Below are positions 1 through 9,516 of a stretch of DNA of 64,000 nucleotides, piece by piece. Made by a program: the position numbers and the translations under genes. Source of the stretch: an uncultured Actinomycetota bacterium (GTDB taxonomy: Bacteria; Actinomycetota; Actinomycetes; JAHEKZ01); the NCBI GenBank assembly GCA_963743915.1, contig CAVURN010000001.1, positions 480,001-544,000 on the forward strand. Direction: 5' to 3'. Under the pieces are notes generated by a model, which was not told the origin of the DNA, searched no databases, and worked only from the letters and a program-made list of their open reading frames with translations. Position 1 is the stretch's first letter. The number at the start of each line of letters is the position of its first letter.

Positions 1-777
1 CCAGTGGTCGTACAGCTGAGGATTCCGGACAGGGACGTCCGGCGTGAGCCGGCGGGCCAACGTGATGCTGTCGTCGCGAGCGGAGCTGATGTCCGGTGCG
101 CAGACCAGCAGGCGGTGGTGCCCCGTCAGATCAGCGGTGAGGGCGCAGAACACGGCATCGGCGAGGTCCCTCACGTCGATGAAGGCGCCGTACTCCCAGA
201 AAGGTGACCATTCGAACTCGGGATTGGAGGCTCGCGCGTCGGTGATGAACGCGTAGGTGGAATCGTCGAAGACGCCGGGCGGGCGGAGGCACACGGTGGG
301 GATGTCCGCAGTCCGTGTCAGCTGCTCGCACAGGTTCTCGCCGTCCAGCTTGGACTCCGCGTACGCGCCCCTCGGATGGGTGGGGTGCCGGTCGTCGATG
401 GGGTAGTACTGGGGGAGCCCTTGACCGAGAAAGCAACCCAACACATCGACGCTGCTGAGGTGGACGACGCGGGCCCGACGAAGGCGTGCCGCAGCCAGGA
501 CGTGGCGGGTTCCGTCGACGTTCGTGGCGAAGACCTCATCGTGCGCGACACGAGTCACAGTGGACGGCACGACCGGTTCGGACTCCTCGGATTCCTCGAC
601 TGCCGCGAGGTGGACGATGGCGTCACATCCGGTAGCGCGTGCGCTGACGAGCTCAGCATCGAGGAGGTCGTCGCCCTCGAGCAGGTCGAGGCCGACCCAG
701 TCGACATCGGCCTGCGTGAGGACGTGGACCACGGCTTGTCCGACGAGCCCCCGGTGACCGGTGACGAGGACCTTCAC
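1..777 (-). CDS. NAD-dependent epimerase/dehydratase (extended SDR), 3' end runs off the window
   Basis: Manual translation from GTG at 777: MKVLVTGHRGLVG (Rossmann motif) ... IVHLAA ... NVDGT ... HLSS ... YAESK (YxxxK). The start overlaps the upstream GNAT stop (GTGA). Not in the ORF track because it has no stop in the window. Confidence 0.85.
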   Translation of the reverse strand, partial: MKVLVTGHRGLVGQAVVHVLTQADVDWVGLDLLEGDDLLDAELVSARATGCDAIVHLAAVEESEESEPVVPSTVTRVAHDEVFATNVDGTRHVLAAARLRRARVVHLSSVDVLGCFLGQGLPQYYPIDDRHPTHPRGAYAESKLDGENLCEQLTRTADIPTVCLRPPGVFDDSTYAFITDARASNPEFEWSPFWEYGAFIDVRDLADAVFCALTADLTGHHRLLVCAPDISSARDDSITLARRLTPDVPVRNPQLYDHW

Positions 778-1361
778 GAGCCCTGGCTCTCGGGCCGCCG
801 GGCGGTCCTCGCGCGCCACTCCCGGTCGAGGACGGCGAACAGGAACTCGCTGCCCCAGGCGCCCTTGAAGAAGATGTTCTCGATGAAGTGTCCCTCGCGA
901 CGCATCCCCATCCGCTCGAGCAGGGCCGCCGCCGGGGCGTTGAGTGCGTCGGTGACGGCGACGACGCGGTGCAGGCCGAACGCGTCGAAGGCGTGGTCGA
1001 GGAGCCCCTCCAGCGCCTCGGTGGCGTAGCCCTGGCCTTGGTGAGCCGGCGCAAGCGTGAAACCCACCTCGGCCTGCCGTGGCTCGTCGGCGTCGACCTT
1101 CAACGCAAGGTCCCCCACGAGTCCACCCCCCAACCGCCTCTCGAGCGCGAACTGGAACCACTCGCCGGGCACCCCCGGCGTGGCTCCGCGCAGGGATGCG
1201 ACGAAGTCGTGACCGCGCTCGAGCGTGAAGTCGCTCCAGCTCTGGTAGCGGGCGACGTCGGGGTCCGCGCGGTAGGCGACGAACGCCTCCACGTCAGCGG
1301 TGACGAATGAACGCGCCAGGAGCCGGCGGGTCTCGAAGTAGGTCGTGGGTTCGTCCGTCAT
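774..1361 (-). CDS. RimJ/RimL-type GNAT N-acetyltransferase
   Basis: ETRRLLARSF, EVGFTLAPAHQGQGYATEAL, NAPAAALLERMGMRREG motifs. Confidence 0.9.
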   Translation of the reverse strand: MTDEPTTYFETRRLLARSFVTADVEAFVAYRADPDVARYQSWSDFTLERGHDFVASLRGATPGVPGEWFQFALERRLGGGLVGDLALKVDADEPRQAEVGFTLAPAHQGQGYATEALEGLLDHAFDAFGLHRVVAVTDALNAPAAALLERMGMRREGHFIENIFFKGAWGSEFLFAVLDREWRARTARRPESQGS

Positions 1362-1371
1362 GGAGCCAACG

Positions 1372-1746
1372 CTAGGACCAGAGGAACCGGGCGAGGTACC
1401 AACCGGCGACGGCGGCAGCCAGGCCGACGACGAGGCTCGAGGCGATGTTGATCCCTGCTTCGACGAAGGAGCCGTCTTCGGCCAACCGGACGGTCTCGAA
1501 CCCGAACGTGCTGTAGGTCGTGAAGCCGCCGCAGAAGCCGGTCCCCGCGAGGGCGACGAGCTCGGGTGATCCGGGACCGAAGGCTGCCGCGCCGAGGACG
1601 ACGCCGAGCAGCAGCGAGCCGGTCACGTTGATGGTCCAGGTCCCCAGGGGGAAGGCGCTCTCCCGTCGCGTCTGGATGGCCTGGTCGAGCAGCCACCGGC
1701 TGGGGGCCCCGACCGCCGCCCCCAGCATCACGAGGACCAGGGTCAA
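1372..1746 (-). CDS. crcB: Fluoride channel Fluc/CrcB
   Basis: [37 protein letters not shown]; TTG start overlaps the DUF190 stop. Confidence 0.92.
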   Translation of the reverse strand: MTLVLVMLGAAVGAPSRWLLDQAIQTRRESAFPLGTWTINVTGSLLLGVVLGAAAFGPGSPELVALAGTGFCGGFTTYSTFGFETVRLAEDGSFVEAGINIASSLVVGLAAAVAGWYLARFLWS

Positions 1747-2090
1747 GCGCCCGACTCCGTACGTCCGACGTACTTGATGACATTGACCGGGTCCAAGATG
1801 ACCAGTCCCTCCTGGATCAGCTCGTCCAGCTGAGGAAGGAAGGCTTCGATGCGGTCCGCAGCGTCGATGATGATGATGGCGACGGGAAGGTCCGAGCTCA
1901 GGCTGAGGATCCGCGTGGTGTGGACGCGAGACGATGCCCCGAACCCTTCGATGCCGCGCATGACGCTGGCACCGGCCAACCCGGCCTGGTGAGCGCGGTG
2001 CACGATCTCGGTGTACAGGGGGTGATGGTGCCACTGGTCCGTCTCGCCGATGAAGATGGTGAGCCGCATCGACTGGCCTTGGAGCTTCAC
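1743..2090 (-). CDS. DUF190 family PII-like protein
   Basis: [32 protein letters not shown]; usual position between fluc genes. Confidence 0.9.
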   Translation of the reverse strand: MKLQGQSMRLTIFIGETDQWHHHPLYTEIVHRAHQAGLAGASVMRGIEGFGASSRVHTTRILSLSSDLPVAIIIIDAADRIEAFLPQLDELIQEGLVILDPVNVIKYVGRTESGA

Positions 2091-2100
2091 AGTTCCTCCG

Positions 2101-2604
2101 TCATCTCGTGCGTGGGGTGATCCCGGCGGCGGTTCGGGCCAGGGCGATCCCAGTCCAGCTGGCTGCCAGAGCCACGATCAGGGTGCCGAACAGGTATCCG
2201 AGGGCGAGGAGTCCTTGGTCCTCCCTGAGGAGGGCATGGGTCTCAGCGGCGTAGGCGGAGAACGTGGTGAACCCACCGAGGACACCGATCCCGAGGAACG
2301 GGCGTGCGTATCGGCTGGGACGCCACACGTCCAGCAGGTACACCATCAGCGCACCCAGGATCAGACAGCCGGTCACGTTCTCGACGAACGTCGCCCAGGG
2401 AAAGCCTCCGGTGACCGGTGGCCACACCTCGTTGAGTGCCCACCGCGCCGCGCCGCCGATGGCTCCTCCGGCGCCGATGACCAGGGCCACGTCCCACCGA
2501 CGGTGCCGAGCGACCGCACCCGTGGCCCTGTGGAGGACATCAGGTCCGTCGGTCAGGTCGGGATCGATCGGCAGCGGGTCGTGCCTCTCCGCGTCGTCGG
2601 TCAC
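2101..2604 (-). CDS. crcB: Fluoride channel Fluc/CrcB (second subunit)
   Basis: [34 protein letters not shown]. Confidence 0.92.
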   Translation of the reverse strand: MTDDAERHDPLPIDPDLTDGPDVLHRATGAVARHRRWDVALVIGAGGAIGGAARWALNEVWPPVTGGFPWATFVENVTGCLILGALMVYLLDVWRPSRYARPFLGIGVLGGFTTFSAYAAETHALLREDQGLLALGYLFGTLIVALAASWTGIALARTAAGITPRTR

Positions 2605-2670
2605 TTCGCGAGCCTATCCATCGGACGCGCGGCCGCCGGCGCCGTCGGCCGCTGCCCGCACTTGGGACAG

Positions 2671-2688
2671 ATAACCCCAGGGGGGTAT
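2671..2688. promoter_or_regulatory. CsoR-type operator (C-tract/G-tract pseudo-palindrome)
   Basis: ATAACCCCAGGGGGGTAT just upstream of csoR, overlapping a TATAGT -10-like hexamer. Confidence 0.65.
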
Positions 2689-2720
2689 AGTACAGCTCAG
2701 GCTCCGGAAGGACGAGGACC

Positions 2721-3020
2721 ATGGCCACCCAGACCGCTCCGCACGGCTACATCCACAAGAAGGACGAGTACCTCGCACGTCTGCGCCGCATCGAGGGGCA
2801 GGCCCGCGGGCTGCAGCGCATGGTGGAGGAGGAGAAGTACTGCATCGACATCCTCACCCAGGTGTCGGCGATCACCAAGGCTCTGCAGTCGGTCAGCCTC
2901 GGGCTGCTCGAGGAGCACATCGAGCACTGCGTGGTCGACGCCGCACGGTCCGGTGGTCCGGATGCTCAGCAGAAGCTGGATGAGGTCAACGCCGCCATCG
3001 CGCGGCTCGTGCGTTCCTGA
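2721..3020 (+). CDS. csoR: CsoR family copper-sensing repressor
   Basis: RLRRIEGQARG, YCIDILTQ, HIEHCV (Cys-His-Cys ligands). Confidence 0.92.
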   Translation: MATQTAPHGYIHKKDEYLARLRRIEGQARGLQRMVEEEKYCIDILTQVSAITKALQSVSLGLLEEHIEHCVVDAARSGGPDAQQKLDEVNAAIARLVRS

Positions 3021-3041
3021 CGCAGGACCTACAGTGTGGAC

Positions 3042-3215
3042 ATGGTCCCCTACCTGATCGGCGCCCTCGTCACCGCCTTCCTGGTCTTCCTGGTGGTCGG
3101 TGCGCTGACCGGTCGGGTGAAGGCGCAGAGCTGCTGCAGCCTCACGAGTGACCCCGACACCGACCTCCGCATGCGCGGATCGGAATCGCCGTCGGAGGGC
3201 GACCTGCTCAGGTGA
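3042..3215 (+). CDS. Small membrane protein (57 aa) with SCC motif
   Basis: Manual translation MVPYLIGALVTAFLVFLVVGALTGRVKAQSCCSLTSDPDTDLRMRGSESPSEGDLLR; GC3-rich codons; TACAGT 6 nt before ATG (leaderless geometry). Confidence 0.65.
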   Translation: MVPYLIGALVTAFLVFLVVGALTGRVKAQSCCSLTSDPDTDLRMRGSESPSEGDLLR

Positions 3216-4095
3216 TCGATGCGGCGTAGATGCTGGCGATCGTGGCATCCAGCATCTTGTTGAACTCGTCGTCGCTCTGCTGCGCCGACAGTCCCTCGGT
3301 CAGTGCTCGCGAGAAGCTTGCGACGACGCCGTGGTTGCGCGCGAGCCGCGCGTTGGCGTCCTCGCGGCTGTAGCCGCCGGAGAGGGCGACCACGCGCAGC
3401 ACCTTGGCGTGCTCCACCAGCTCGGAGTAGAACCCGTCTGCCTCCGGCAGCGTGAGTTTCAGCATGATCTGCTGTTCGTCCGGCAGCGACCCGAGCTCGG
3501 AGAGGATCCCGGCCTTGAGCAACGCCTCGGCCTCCGCCTTCTCCGGGCTCTTGATGTCGACCTCTGGCTCGATGATCGGGATGAGTCCGGCGTCGAGGAT
3601 GCGGCGCCCCACCTCGAACTGCTGGCTGACGACCGCGTCGACACCAGCACTGTTGGCCAGCTTGATGACCGAGCGCATCTTGGTCCCGAACACCTGGTGC
3701 GTCTTGGCCCTGTCGAGCAGCGCGTCGAGGTCGGGCATGGGCTTCATGACCTGGGCGCCGTCGGCTTCGTCCGCCAGCCCCTTGTCCACCTTGAGGAAGG
3801 GGACGACGCCCTTGTCCTGCCAGAGATACTCTGCCGACCCCTTGCCCTCGATCTGGCGGTCCATCGTCATCTCGAAGAGGATGGCGCCGATGATCCGGTC
3901 ACCGTTGAAGGCAGGGCTGGTGACGATGCGCGAACGCATCTCGTGGATCCGGTCGAACATCTCCTGCTCGCCCGAGTAGGTGTCCTCGTCGAGGCCGTAC
4001 AGCTTCAGCGCCTTGGGCGTGCTGCCGCCGCTCTGGTCGAGGGCCGCGATGAAGCCATTGCCACTCCGGATCTTGGAGCGCATGTCGTCGGTCAC
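3208..4095 (-). CDS. fda: Fructose-bisphosphate aldolase class I
   Basis: GFIAALDQSGGSTPKAL, FLKVDKGL, PIIEPEV, VVALSGGY; start GTG 4095. Confidence 0.93.
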   Translation of the reverse strand: MTDDMRSKIRSGNGFIAALDQSGGSTPKALKLYGLDEDTYSGEQEMFDRIHEMRSRIVTSPAFNGDRIIGAILFEMTMDRQIEGKGSAEYLWQDKGVVPFLKVDKGLADEADGAQVMKPMPDLDALLDRAKTHQVFGTKMRSVIKLANSAGVDAVVSQQFEVGRRILDAGLIPIIEPEVDIKSPEKAEAEALLKAGILSELGSLPDEQQIMLKLTLPEADGFYSELVEHAKVLRVVALSGGYSREDANARLARNHGVVASFSRALTEGLSAQQSDDEFNKMLDATIASIYAASIT

Positions 4096-4242
4096 GAGGG
4101 ATCCCTTCTCCTGGAGCGGACGTCCGCTGCCGCTGCCTTCCCCCATTCTGGTCGACCGCCAGGGGGGCGACGCAACCGGTCGCGCGGGGCTGGTGGGTGT
4201 GGGAGCGTGTTCCGCTGAGGACGAGATGATCCGGAGGATCCC

Positions 4243-4737
4243 GTGAACCAGGCATTCCGCAAACACCTCACTGCCGGCGAGGTGGACCTGATCGAGGCCA
4301 CCAAGCCGGAGAACCTCCGGACTCTGGACGAGGACGACCTCGGGGACCTGCACGACCGGGTCCGGCGGGCCAGCCGGAAGTACCGCACGCTGCACCGTCG
4401 ACAGGCGAGCGCGCAGGTCTCTGCGGACCGGTCGCGCGGCAAGGCGTCCGCGAAGAACCAGCGGTCCGCGGTCAAGGCCGAGGTCTTCGAGGACGCACTG
4501 GCTCGCGTGAGTCGCGCGCTCGCAAAGGTCGCCAAGGAGACGTCGGCCGAGCTGAAGGCGGAGCGGTTGGCGGCGGCACGGGGTGACAGCACCGGCCCGG
4601 TGGCGTCGTCGACATCGGACCAGACAACCTCTGGCGGACGCCGGCCGGCGAAGCGCAAGACCCCCGTCTCCCGCAAGAAGACCGCGTCCACCCGGGCCAA
4701 GGGCGCACGGCGACAGGCCCGTCGGGACGCCCGCTAG
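4243..4737 (+). CDS. Hypothetical protein with basic Lys/Arg-rich C-terminus
   Basis: 164-aa ORF with GGAGG RBS and good codon bias. Confidence 0.75.
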   Translation: MNQAFRKHLTAGEVDLIEATKPENLRTLDEDDLGDLHDRVRRASRKYRTLHRRQASAQVSADRSRGKASAKNQRSAVKAEVFEDALARVSRALAKVAKETSAELKAERLAAARGDSTGPVASSTSDQTTSGGRRPAKRKTPVSRKKTASTRAKGARRQARRDAR

Positions 4738-6041
4738 GCCCCTGCGTCCTCCGCGGACTCCGCAGCGCGGCGGGCCCGCACCTCTCGCTCCCGCACGGCA
4801 TTGGGGTCGGTGCGCTGGTCGAACCGCCACAGGGACGGCAGCGCCACCGCCAGCAGCCCGCAGGCGGCGACGCAGGCCACCCCTCCGCTCACGATCGAGA
4901 AGCGCAGGGACGTCAGTGCGGCCACGCCGGAGGCGCGCACCTGGCCGAGGGTGGGGCCGACGGAGTAGCTGAGCAGCTCGACCCCGGCCATGCGTCCGCG
5001 CACCTCGTCGGGGATCGTCTGGTTCCACATGGCCGTACGGAAGATGCCCGACACCATGTCGCCGGCACCCGCGACCATGAGCCAGAGCAGTGCCCACCAG
5101 ATGCTGTCCGCCAGCCCAAAGGCCGCTATGCCGGCTCCCCAGACCGCGGCCGCCAGCAGGATCGCCCGCCCCTGCTTGTGGATGTGGTTGGTCCACCCGC
5201 TGGTCAAGGTGGCGATCAACGACCCCACGAAGGGAGCGGTGTACAGGAGCCCGAGCGCCCACTCCGCGTCGAGGTCCTCGGCAACGAAGGGAAAGAGCGC
5301 CATCGGAAAGGCGAGCAGCATCGCTGCGGTGTCGACGAGATAGGTCCCGAGCAGGTCCTTGCGACTCCACGCGTAGCGGAGGCCCTCGCCGATGTGACGC
5401 AGACCCACCTCGGCAGCCTCGTTGATCGTGGGCACCGGGGCGAGCTTCCACAGCAGGACCAGGCTGATCGCGTAGGTCGAGACGTCGACCGCGTAGGCGA
5501 GCGACGCGTCGTAGCTGGCCACCAGGATGCCGCCCAGAGCGGGACCAGCGAGTGACGCGACCTGCCACCGGAGGGCCGACAAGGCACTGGCGGCGGTCAG
5601 CTGGTCATGGGGGACGACCCGTGGCGTGATGGCGTCCAACGATGGGCGCTGGAGGGAGTCGAAGGTCGCGAACAGGGCCGCCACCAGGTAGATGAGCCAC
5701 AGCTGCGGTTCGGGGAAGAGCGCATTCACCAGCAGCAAGGTCGAGCACACCATCAGCGCCAGCTCGGTGACGAGCACCATGAGCCGGCGGTCCACGGCGT
5801 CCGACAGCGACCCGCCCCACAACCCGAAGACGATGAGAGGGACGAGCTCGCAGGCGCCAAGCAGACCAACTGCTACATACGAGTCGGTCAGGTCCTTCAC
5901 CTGGAACGGCAGCGCCACGTAGGTGATGAAGCTGCCGAGGCTGGTGATGACGCCCGAGCCCATGATGAGGCGGAACTCACGCGACGTGCGCAGCGGTGTG
6001 ATGTCGACATGCAGGCGCCGAAGCCGCTCACTCCACGCCAT
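4734..6041 (-). CDS. MFS transporter (EntS/DHA3-like)
   Basis: About 12 TM segments, GSLSDAVDRR motif A, DITPLR N-terminus. Confidence 0.9.
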   Translation of the reverse strand: MAWSERLRRLHVDITPLRTSREFRLIMGSGVITSLGSFITYVALPFQVKDLTDSYVAVGLLGACELVPLIVFGLWGGSLSDAVDRRLMVLVTELALMVCSTLLLVNALFPEPQLWLIYLVAALFATFDSLQRPSLDAITPRVVPHDQLTAASALSALRWQVASLAGPALGGILVASYDASLAYAVDVSTYAISLVLLWKLAPVPTINEAAEVGLRHIGEGLRYAWSRKDLLGTYLVDTAAMLLAFPMALFPFVAEDLDAEWALGLLYTAPFVGSLIATLTSGWTNHIHKQGRAILLAAAVWGAGIAAFGLADSIWWALLWLMVAGAGDMVSGIFRTAMWNQTIPDEVRGRMAGVELLSYSVGPTLGQVRASGVAALTSLRFSIVSGGVACVAACGLLAVALPSLWRFDQRTDPNAVREREVRARRAAESAEDAGA

Positions 6042-6051
6042 GCGGCAGAGA

Positions 6052-6885
6052 ATGGCCGGAGCGGTCGAGCAGGGTCAACCGATTTCGGGGTCCACGAGGG
6101 GGAGGTCGAGAGCAGAGTCGAGCCGGAGGAGGCTGGCGTGCGACATCCGTCGCTGCGTCGCTGAGCCGCGCTGCTGGAGGAGCGCTTGGTGGCCGTGTAT
6201 CTGCATGGGTCGGCGGTGCTCGGTGGGTTCCGATGGGATCGGAGCGACTTCGATGTGCTTGCCGTGCTGGAGGGGAGCCTGTCCGACGCCGAGGTCGAGG
6301 GGATCGTCGCAGGGCTGGCCGGCCTTCTTGGTACCCGGGCAACGGTCTCGAGATGAGCATCCTCACCCTTGCGAGGCGCGTGACCCACACCTTCCGGAAC
6401 CGTTCTTCCAGCTGCACGTGGGAACGGAGGGCTGGGACCGCGGCTCAAGGTCGGTCGACGGACGCGCCCGCGACGGTGACCCCGACCTCGTCCTGCACCT
6501 GCTTGTCTGTCTGGCTGCCGGCGACGCGGTGATCGGCCAAGCTGCCGCCGCGGTGCTGGCAGCTCCGTCTGTCGACGCGGTGCGTGGCGCGGTGCTGGAG
6601 GAAATCAGATGGTCACTCGCCCACGATCCACCCCCGGAGTACGTGGCGCTGACGGCGGCCCGGGCTTGGTGCTACTTGACCACCGGCCGCGTGACGTCGA
6701 AGGGCGAAGCGGGTCGGTGGGCGATGGACCAGGTGGCACCGAGAAGCGACGCCGCTGCCGTGCTTGCGGCGGCCGTGGCGCGGCAGGCAGGGGCGCAGAG
6801 GGGTCCCACGCGCGAGCAGGCACAGGTCTTTGCGCGTGACGTGCTCGAACTGCTGGACGACGAGGGCGCCCTCGGCGAGCCCTAG
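6052..6885 (+). pseudogene. AadA-like nucleotidyltransferase with DUF4111-type C-terminus, frameshifted (start uncertain)
   Basis: LVAVYLHGSAVLGGFRWDRSDFDVLAV in one frame, GLEMSIL in a second, DPDLVLH...LTAARAWCYLTTGRVTSKGEAGRWA in a third. Confidence 0.7.
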
Positions 6886-6905
6886 ATCTCAGGCGGTAGC
6901 GCCCA

Positions 6906-8300
6906 CTACGGGCCGGGCCCACCCCGATGGTGTCTCGGTCCTGCGGGGGTTCGCTCGCGGTGCTCCCAGTCCATCGGCGGCACTATGTGCTGCCAGGGCT
7001 CGGTCCGGAACTGCCGTCCGGTGGGTGTTGTCCAGACCATGCAGCCGTCCAGCTGCATCTCTGTCTGCCAGCCGGGGGTGTGCTTGAGCCGGTGATGGCG
7101 GCGGCACAGGACGGCAAGATTGGCCGCCGTGGTGCGACCCTCGGGCCACGGGATGGAGTGATCAAGGTCTGTGCCAGAGGCGGCGCCGACAGCGCTTCGT
7201 CGACAACCGGGGAAGCGACACGTCATGTCGCGTGCCCGGACCGCTCGGTCGAGCGGTGTTGAGGGCCGGTACTGCGACTCTGCGACGTCGGTGAGGACGC
7301 CGCTGTCTGGGTCGCAGGTGAGTCGTCGCCAGCTCGAAGGGGGCAACCAACCCAAGAGCGGGCCGCATGCGGTGGGGACCTCCCCGGGGCTGTCCGGGCT
7401 CAGCAGGCCGCGCAAGGTTCCTGCAGTGACCGGTCCAACTCCCGACACCCATCCCGGCTCGTCCGACTCACCGGCAAGGACGTCTGCGGGGACCACGACC
7501 TGTACCGACACCTGCATCGGGGGAGCGCGTCCGACCAGCAGGTCGAACAGGGCATCGCTTCGGCGCTGATCCATTGTGCGGAGGTCTCCGGGCACCGACT
7601 CGTGCGCGACGGCGTTGACGGTGTCGAACACGTGCCGTGCCTGGATCGCCGGCATCAGGGCGGTCAGCTCGGCGACACCGTCGCCGAGCGGCGTGAAGGT
7701 CACGCGCCGGTCAGCGACCGCCTTCACTCGGCGACGCTCGGCCACCTCCGGCGCTGCTGCGATCACGCGACGCGACAACCATGCCCGCAGCTGCGTGACG
7801 GTGTGGGCGGTGCCGTACTCGACAGCGGCGGTCACCAGCGGCTCGATGGCGAGCATGCCGACCGTGTCCGGCTCGCACAACGGCGCCACACCACCAGCGA
7901 TTTCGCTGACCTTTCGGGCATCGAGGCGTCCCTGTTGCCAGGCATCGGCCAGCAAAGGGTGAGCAGACGCATCCAGCGCCGTGGCGACGCGACGGGTCGC
8001 CGCCACGCGCGTGCTTGCCAGCAACACCCCTACCTCGTCAGCGACGAACTCCACCAGACGGCTCTCGTGTTGCGGTGCAGGCAACGACTGTGCGGCGCGC
8101 GCTGCGTCAAGTCGGTGATCCTCGGCCTCTGCCGCACGCACCATCGCCACCATCACCTGCGCCTGCATGGCCTGGACGCTGTTGCCCATGGCCTCGAGCC
8201 GGATGAGGGCCTCACGCAGTCCGTCGTCAGTGCACTCCGACACGTCTCCGTGGATCAGCAGGCGTGCCTGCTCGATGCGCGAATGCAGGTCGATGGCCAC
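6906..8300 (-). CDS. DUF222 (13E12-repeat family) protein with C-terminal HNH endonuclease
   Basis: RDMTCRFPGC, DLDHSIPWPEG, NLAVLCRRHHRLKH; start GTG 8300. Confidence 0.9.
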   Translation of the reverse strand: MAIDLHSRIEQARLLIHGDVSECTDDGLREALIRLEAMGNSVQAMQAQVMVAMVRAAEAEDHRLDAARAAQSLPAPQHESRLVEFVADEVGVLLASTRVAATRRVATALDASAHPLLADAWQQGRLDARKVSEIAGGVAPLCEPDTVGMLAIEPLVTAAVEYGTAHTVTQLRAWLSRRVIAAAPEVAERRRVKAVADRRVTFTPLGDGVAELTALMPAIQARHVFDTVNAVAHESVPGDLRTMDQRRSDALFDLLVGRAPPMQVSVQVVVPADVLAGESDEPGWVSGVGPVTAGTLRGLLSPDSPGEVPTACGPLLGWLPPSSWRRLTCDPDSGVLTDVAESQYRPSTPLDRAVRARDMTCRFPGCRRSAVGAASGTDLDHSIPWPEGRTTAANLAVLCRRHHRLKHTPGWQTEMQLDGCMVWTTPTGRQFRTEPWQHIVPPMDWEHRERTPAGPRHHRGGPGP

Positions 8301-8306
8301 GACTGC

Positions 8307-8329
8307 ACTGTGCCACCTGCCACTGACAA
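8307..8329 (-). promoter_or_regulatory. RecA-NDp/PafBC-type DNA-damage promoter
   Basis: TTGTCAGTG-N8-CACAGT, 6 nt before the GTG start. Confidence 0.65.
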
Positions 8330-8393
8330 GAGGGCCACGGGAATCTGGCGGCCGGAGACGGCGTTGTGCCGCGGTCGTCGACGAGAGGAAGAG

Positions 8394-9044
8394 ATGTCTG
8401 AAGATGCCCTCACCGCTGTCGAGGAGTTCGATCGTCAACTCGACCGGCTCGCGTCAGTTCTGCCGGTCGCGCTCGGAGTCGATCCCCACCACTTCACGCA
8501 GTCGCTCGCCCCGCTCAGGGCTGTAGCGGCGGAGGTGGCCCCACGTGGATCGTCGGGGGCGGGGTCGGCGTTCGTCCTCATCCCGGACGTTGCGGGCGTC
8601 GACTTCGACAGCCTGGTGCCGTTGCTGAGCCTCGAGGGATCCCGCCGGCCTGGGATCGTCGACCGCAACCACGGCCCCGAGGGACTGCGCCCTTACCGAC
8701 CCCTGCCCGAGCTGAGCGTCCCGGAGGCCGTTCCCTACCTGCTCGTCGACGTCGAGAGGGGTGAGGAGTTCTGTGACATCCGCCCCGGTGACGCGGTGGC
8801 GGAGATCGTCCGACGTGGACGCTCACCGCTCACCATCTCCGAAGGGATCGTGCTGCATCTCGTGCGTCCCGATCTGCTGCAGAAGAACCGGTGCTACATG
8901 CTCGCCGGCTCACGGCGCGGCGACCGCCGGGTGCCCGCACTATGGATCTCACAGGGAGCGCCCAAGCTGGGCTGGTGCTGGGAGGGCAATCCGCACTCCT
9001 GGCTCGGCACCGCGTCCGCCGCGGAGCGGCGGGGTGCGACGTGA
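8394..9044 (+). CDS. DUF5701-like family protein
   Basis: EFDRQL N-terminus; GSRRGDRRVPALWIS..PKLGWCWEGNPHSWLG C-terminus. Confidence 0.75.
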   Translation: MSEDALTAVEEFDRQLDRLASVLPVALGVDPHHFTQSLAPLRAVAAEVAPRGSSGAGSAFVLIPDVAGVDFDSLVPLLSLEGSRRPGIVDRNHGPEGLRPYRPLPELSVPEAVPYLLVDVERGEEFCDIRPGDAVAEIVRRGRSPLTISEGIVLHLVRPDLLQKNRCYMLAGSRRGDRRVPALWISQGAPKLGWCWEGNPHSWLGTASAAERRGAT

Positions 9045-9098
9045 CGGCGGGCCTGTGGATTTCGCATGTCGGAAGCGTCGGCCGGGCATGGTCACGGC

Positions 9099-9515
9099 AT
9101 GAACTTCATAGACCTTCCCGAGGGCTGGGACACAGAGCCGATTCACACCGACGACCGCGTCGCCGACATCCTCGACCTGCTGATCAGCGAACGCGATCGT
9201 CGCGCGGGTGCCGTGCTCGTCGTTCTCTGTGACGAGCGAGGGTACTTCGTCGTCGCCAACGTCGTGGAGGACCTCAGACCGCCCATGGAGGCCGAGGCCA
9301 AGCGACACCTCGTCGGGGTCTTCGCGGCCGCGACCGAGCAGCTGGAGCAACGGGCGGGCCTCATGGTGGCGATCGCCCGTGCCGACGGGCTGAGCCTGAC
9401 CCAGGACGATCGCGAGTGGGGACCGGTGGTTCGTGACGTCTGCGACGCTGCCGACATCGAGCTGCTCGGGGTGCACCTGGTGACACTGCACGGCACACGC
9501 CGGATCGCTGCGTGA
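9099..9515 (+). CDS. Hypothetical protein (possible degenerate RadC/JAB-like fold)
   Basis: 138-aa ORF ending in DDREW..VRDVCDAADIELLGVHLVT. Confidence 0.7.
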   Translation: MNFIDLPEGWDTEPIHTDDRVADILDLLISERDRRAGAVLVVLCDERGYFVVANVVEDLRPPMEAEAKRHLVGVFAAATEQLEQRAGLMVAIARADGLSLTQDDREWGPVVRDVCDAADIELLGVHLVTLHGTRRIAA

Positions 9516-9516
9516 G

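Noticed and set aside
2605-2670. Fluoride riboswitch upstream of fluc
   Set aside because: No GGCGATGG..CGCC-type consensus seen; fluc looks leaderless (TAGGCT 6 nt before GTG).
3208-5568. 786-aa ORF extending the aldolase, and similar long N-terminal extensions (sodN, malic enzyme, HDAC, narG)
   Set aside because: The extensions are low-complexity off-frame or antisense readings of neighbouring genes, typical of high-GC DNA.
6052-6885. Acquired aminoglycoside resistance gene
   Set aside because: Only a distant AadA-like family member, frameshifted, with no mobile element context; resistance function unsupported.
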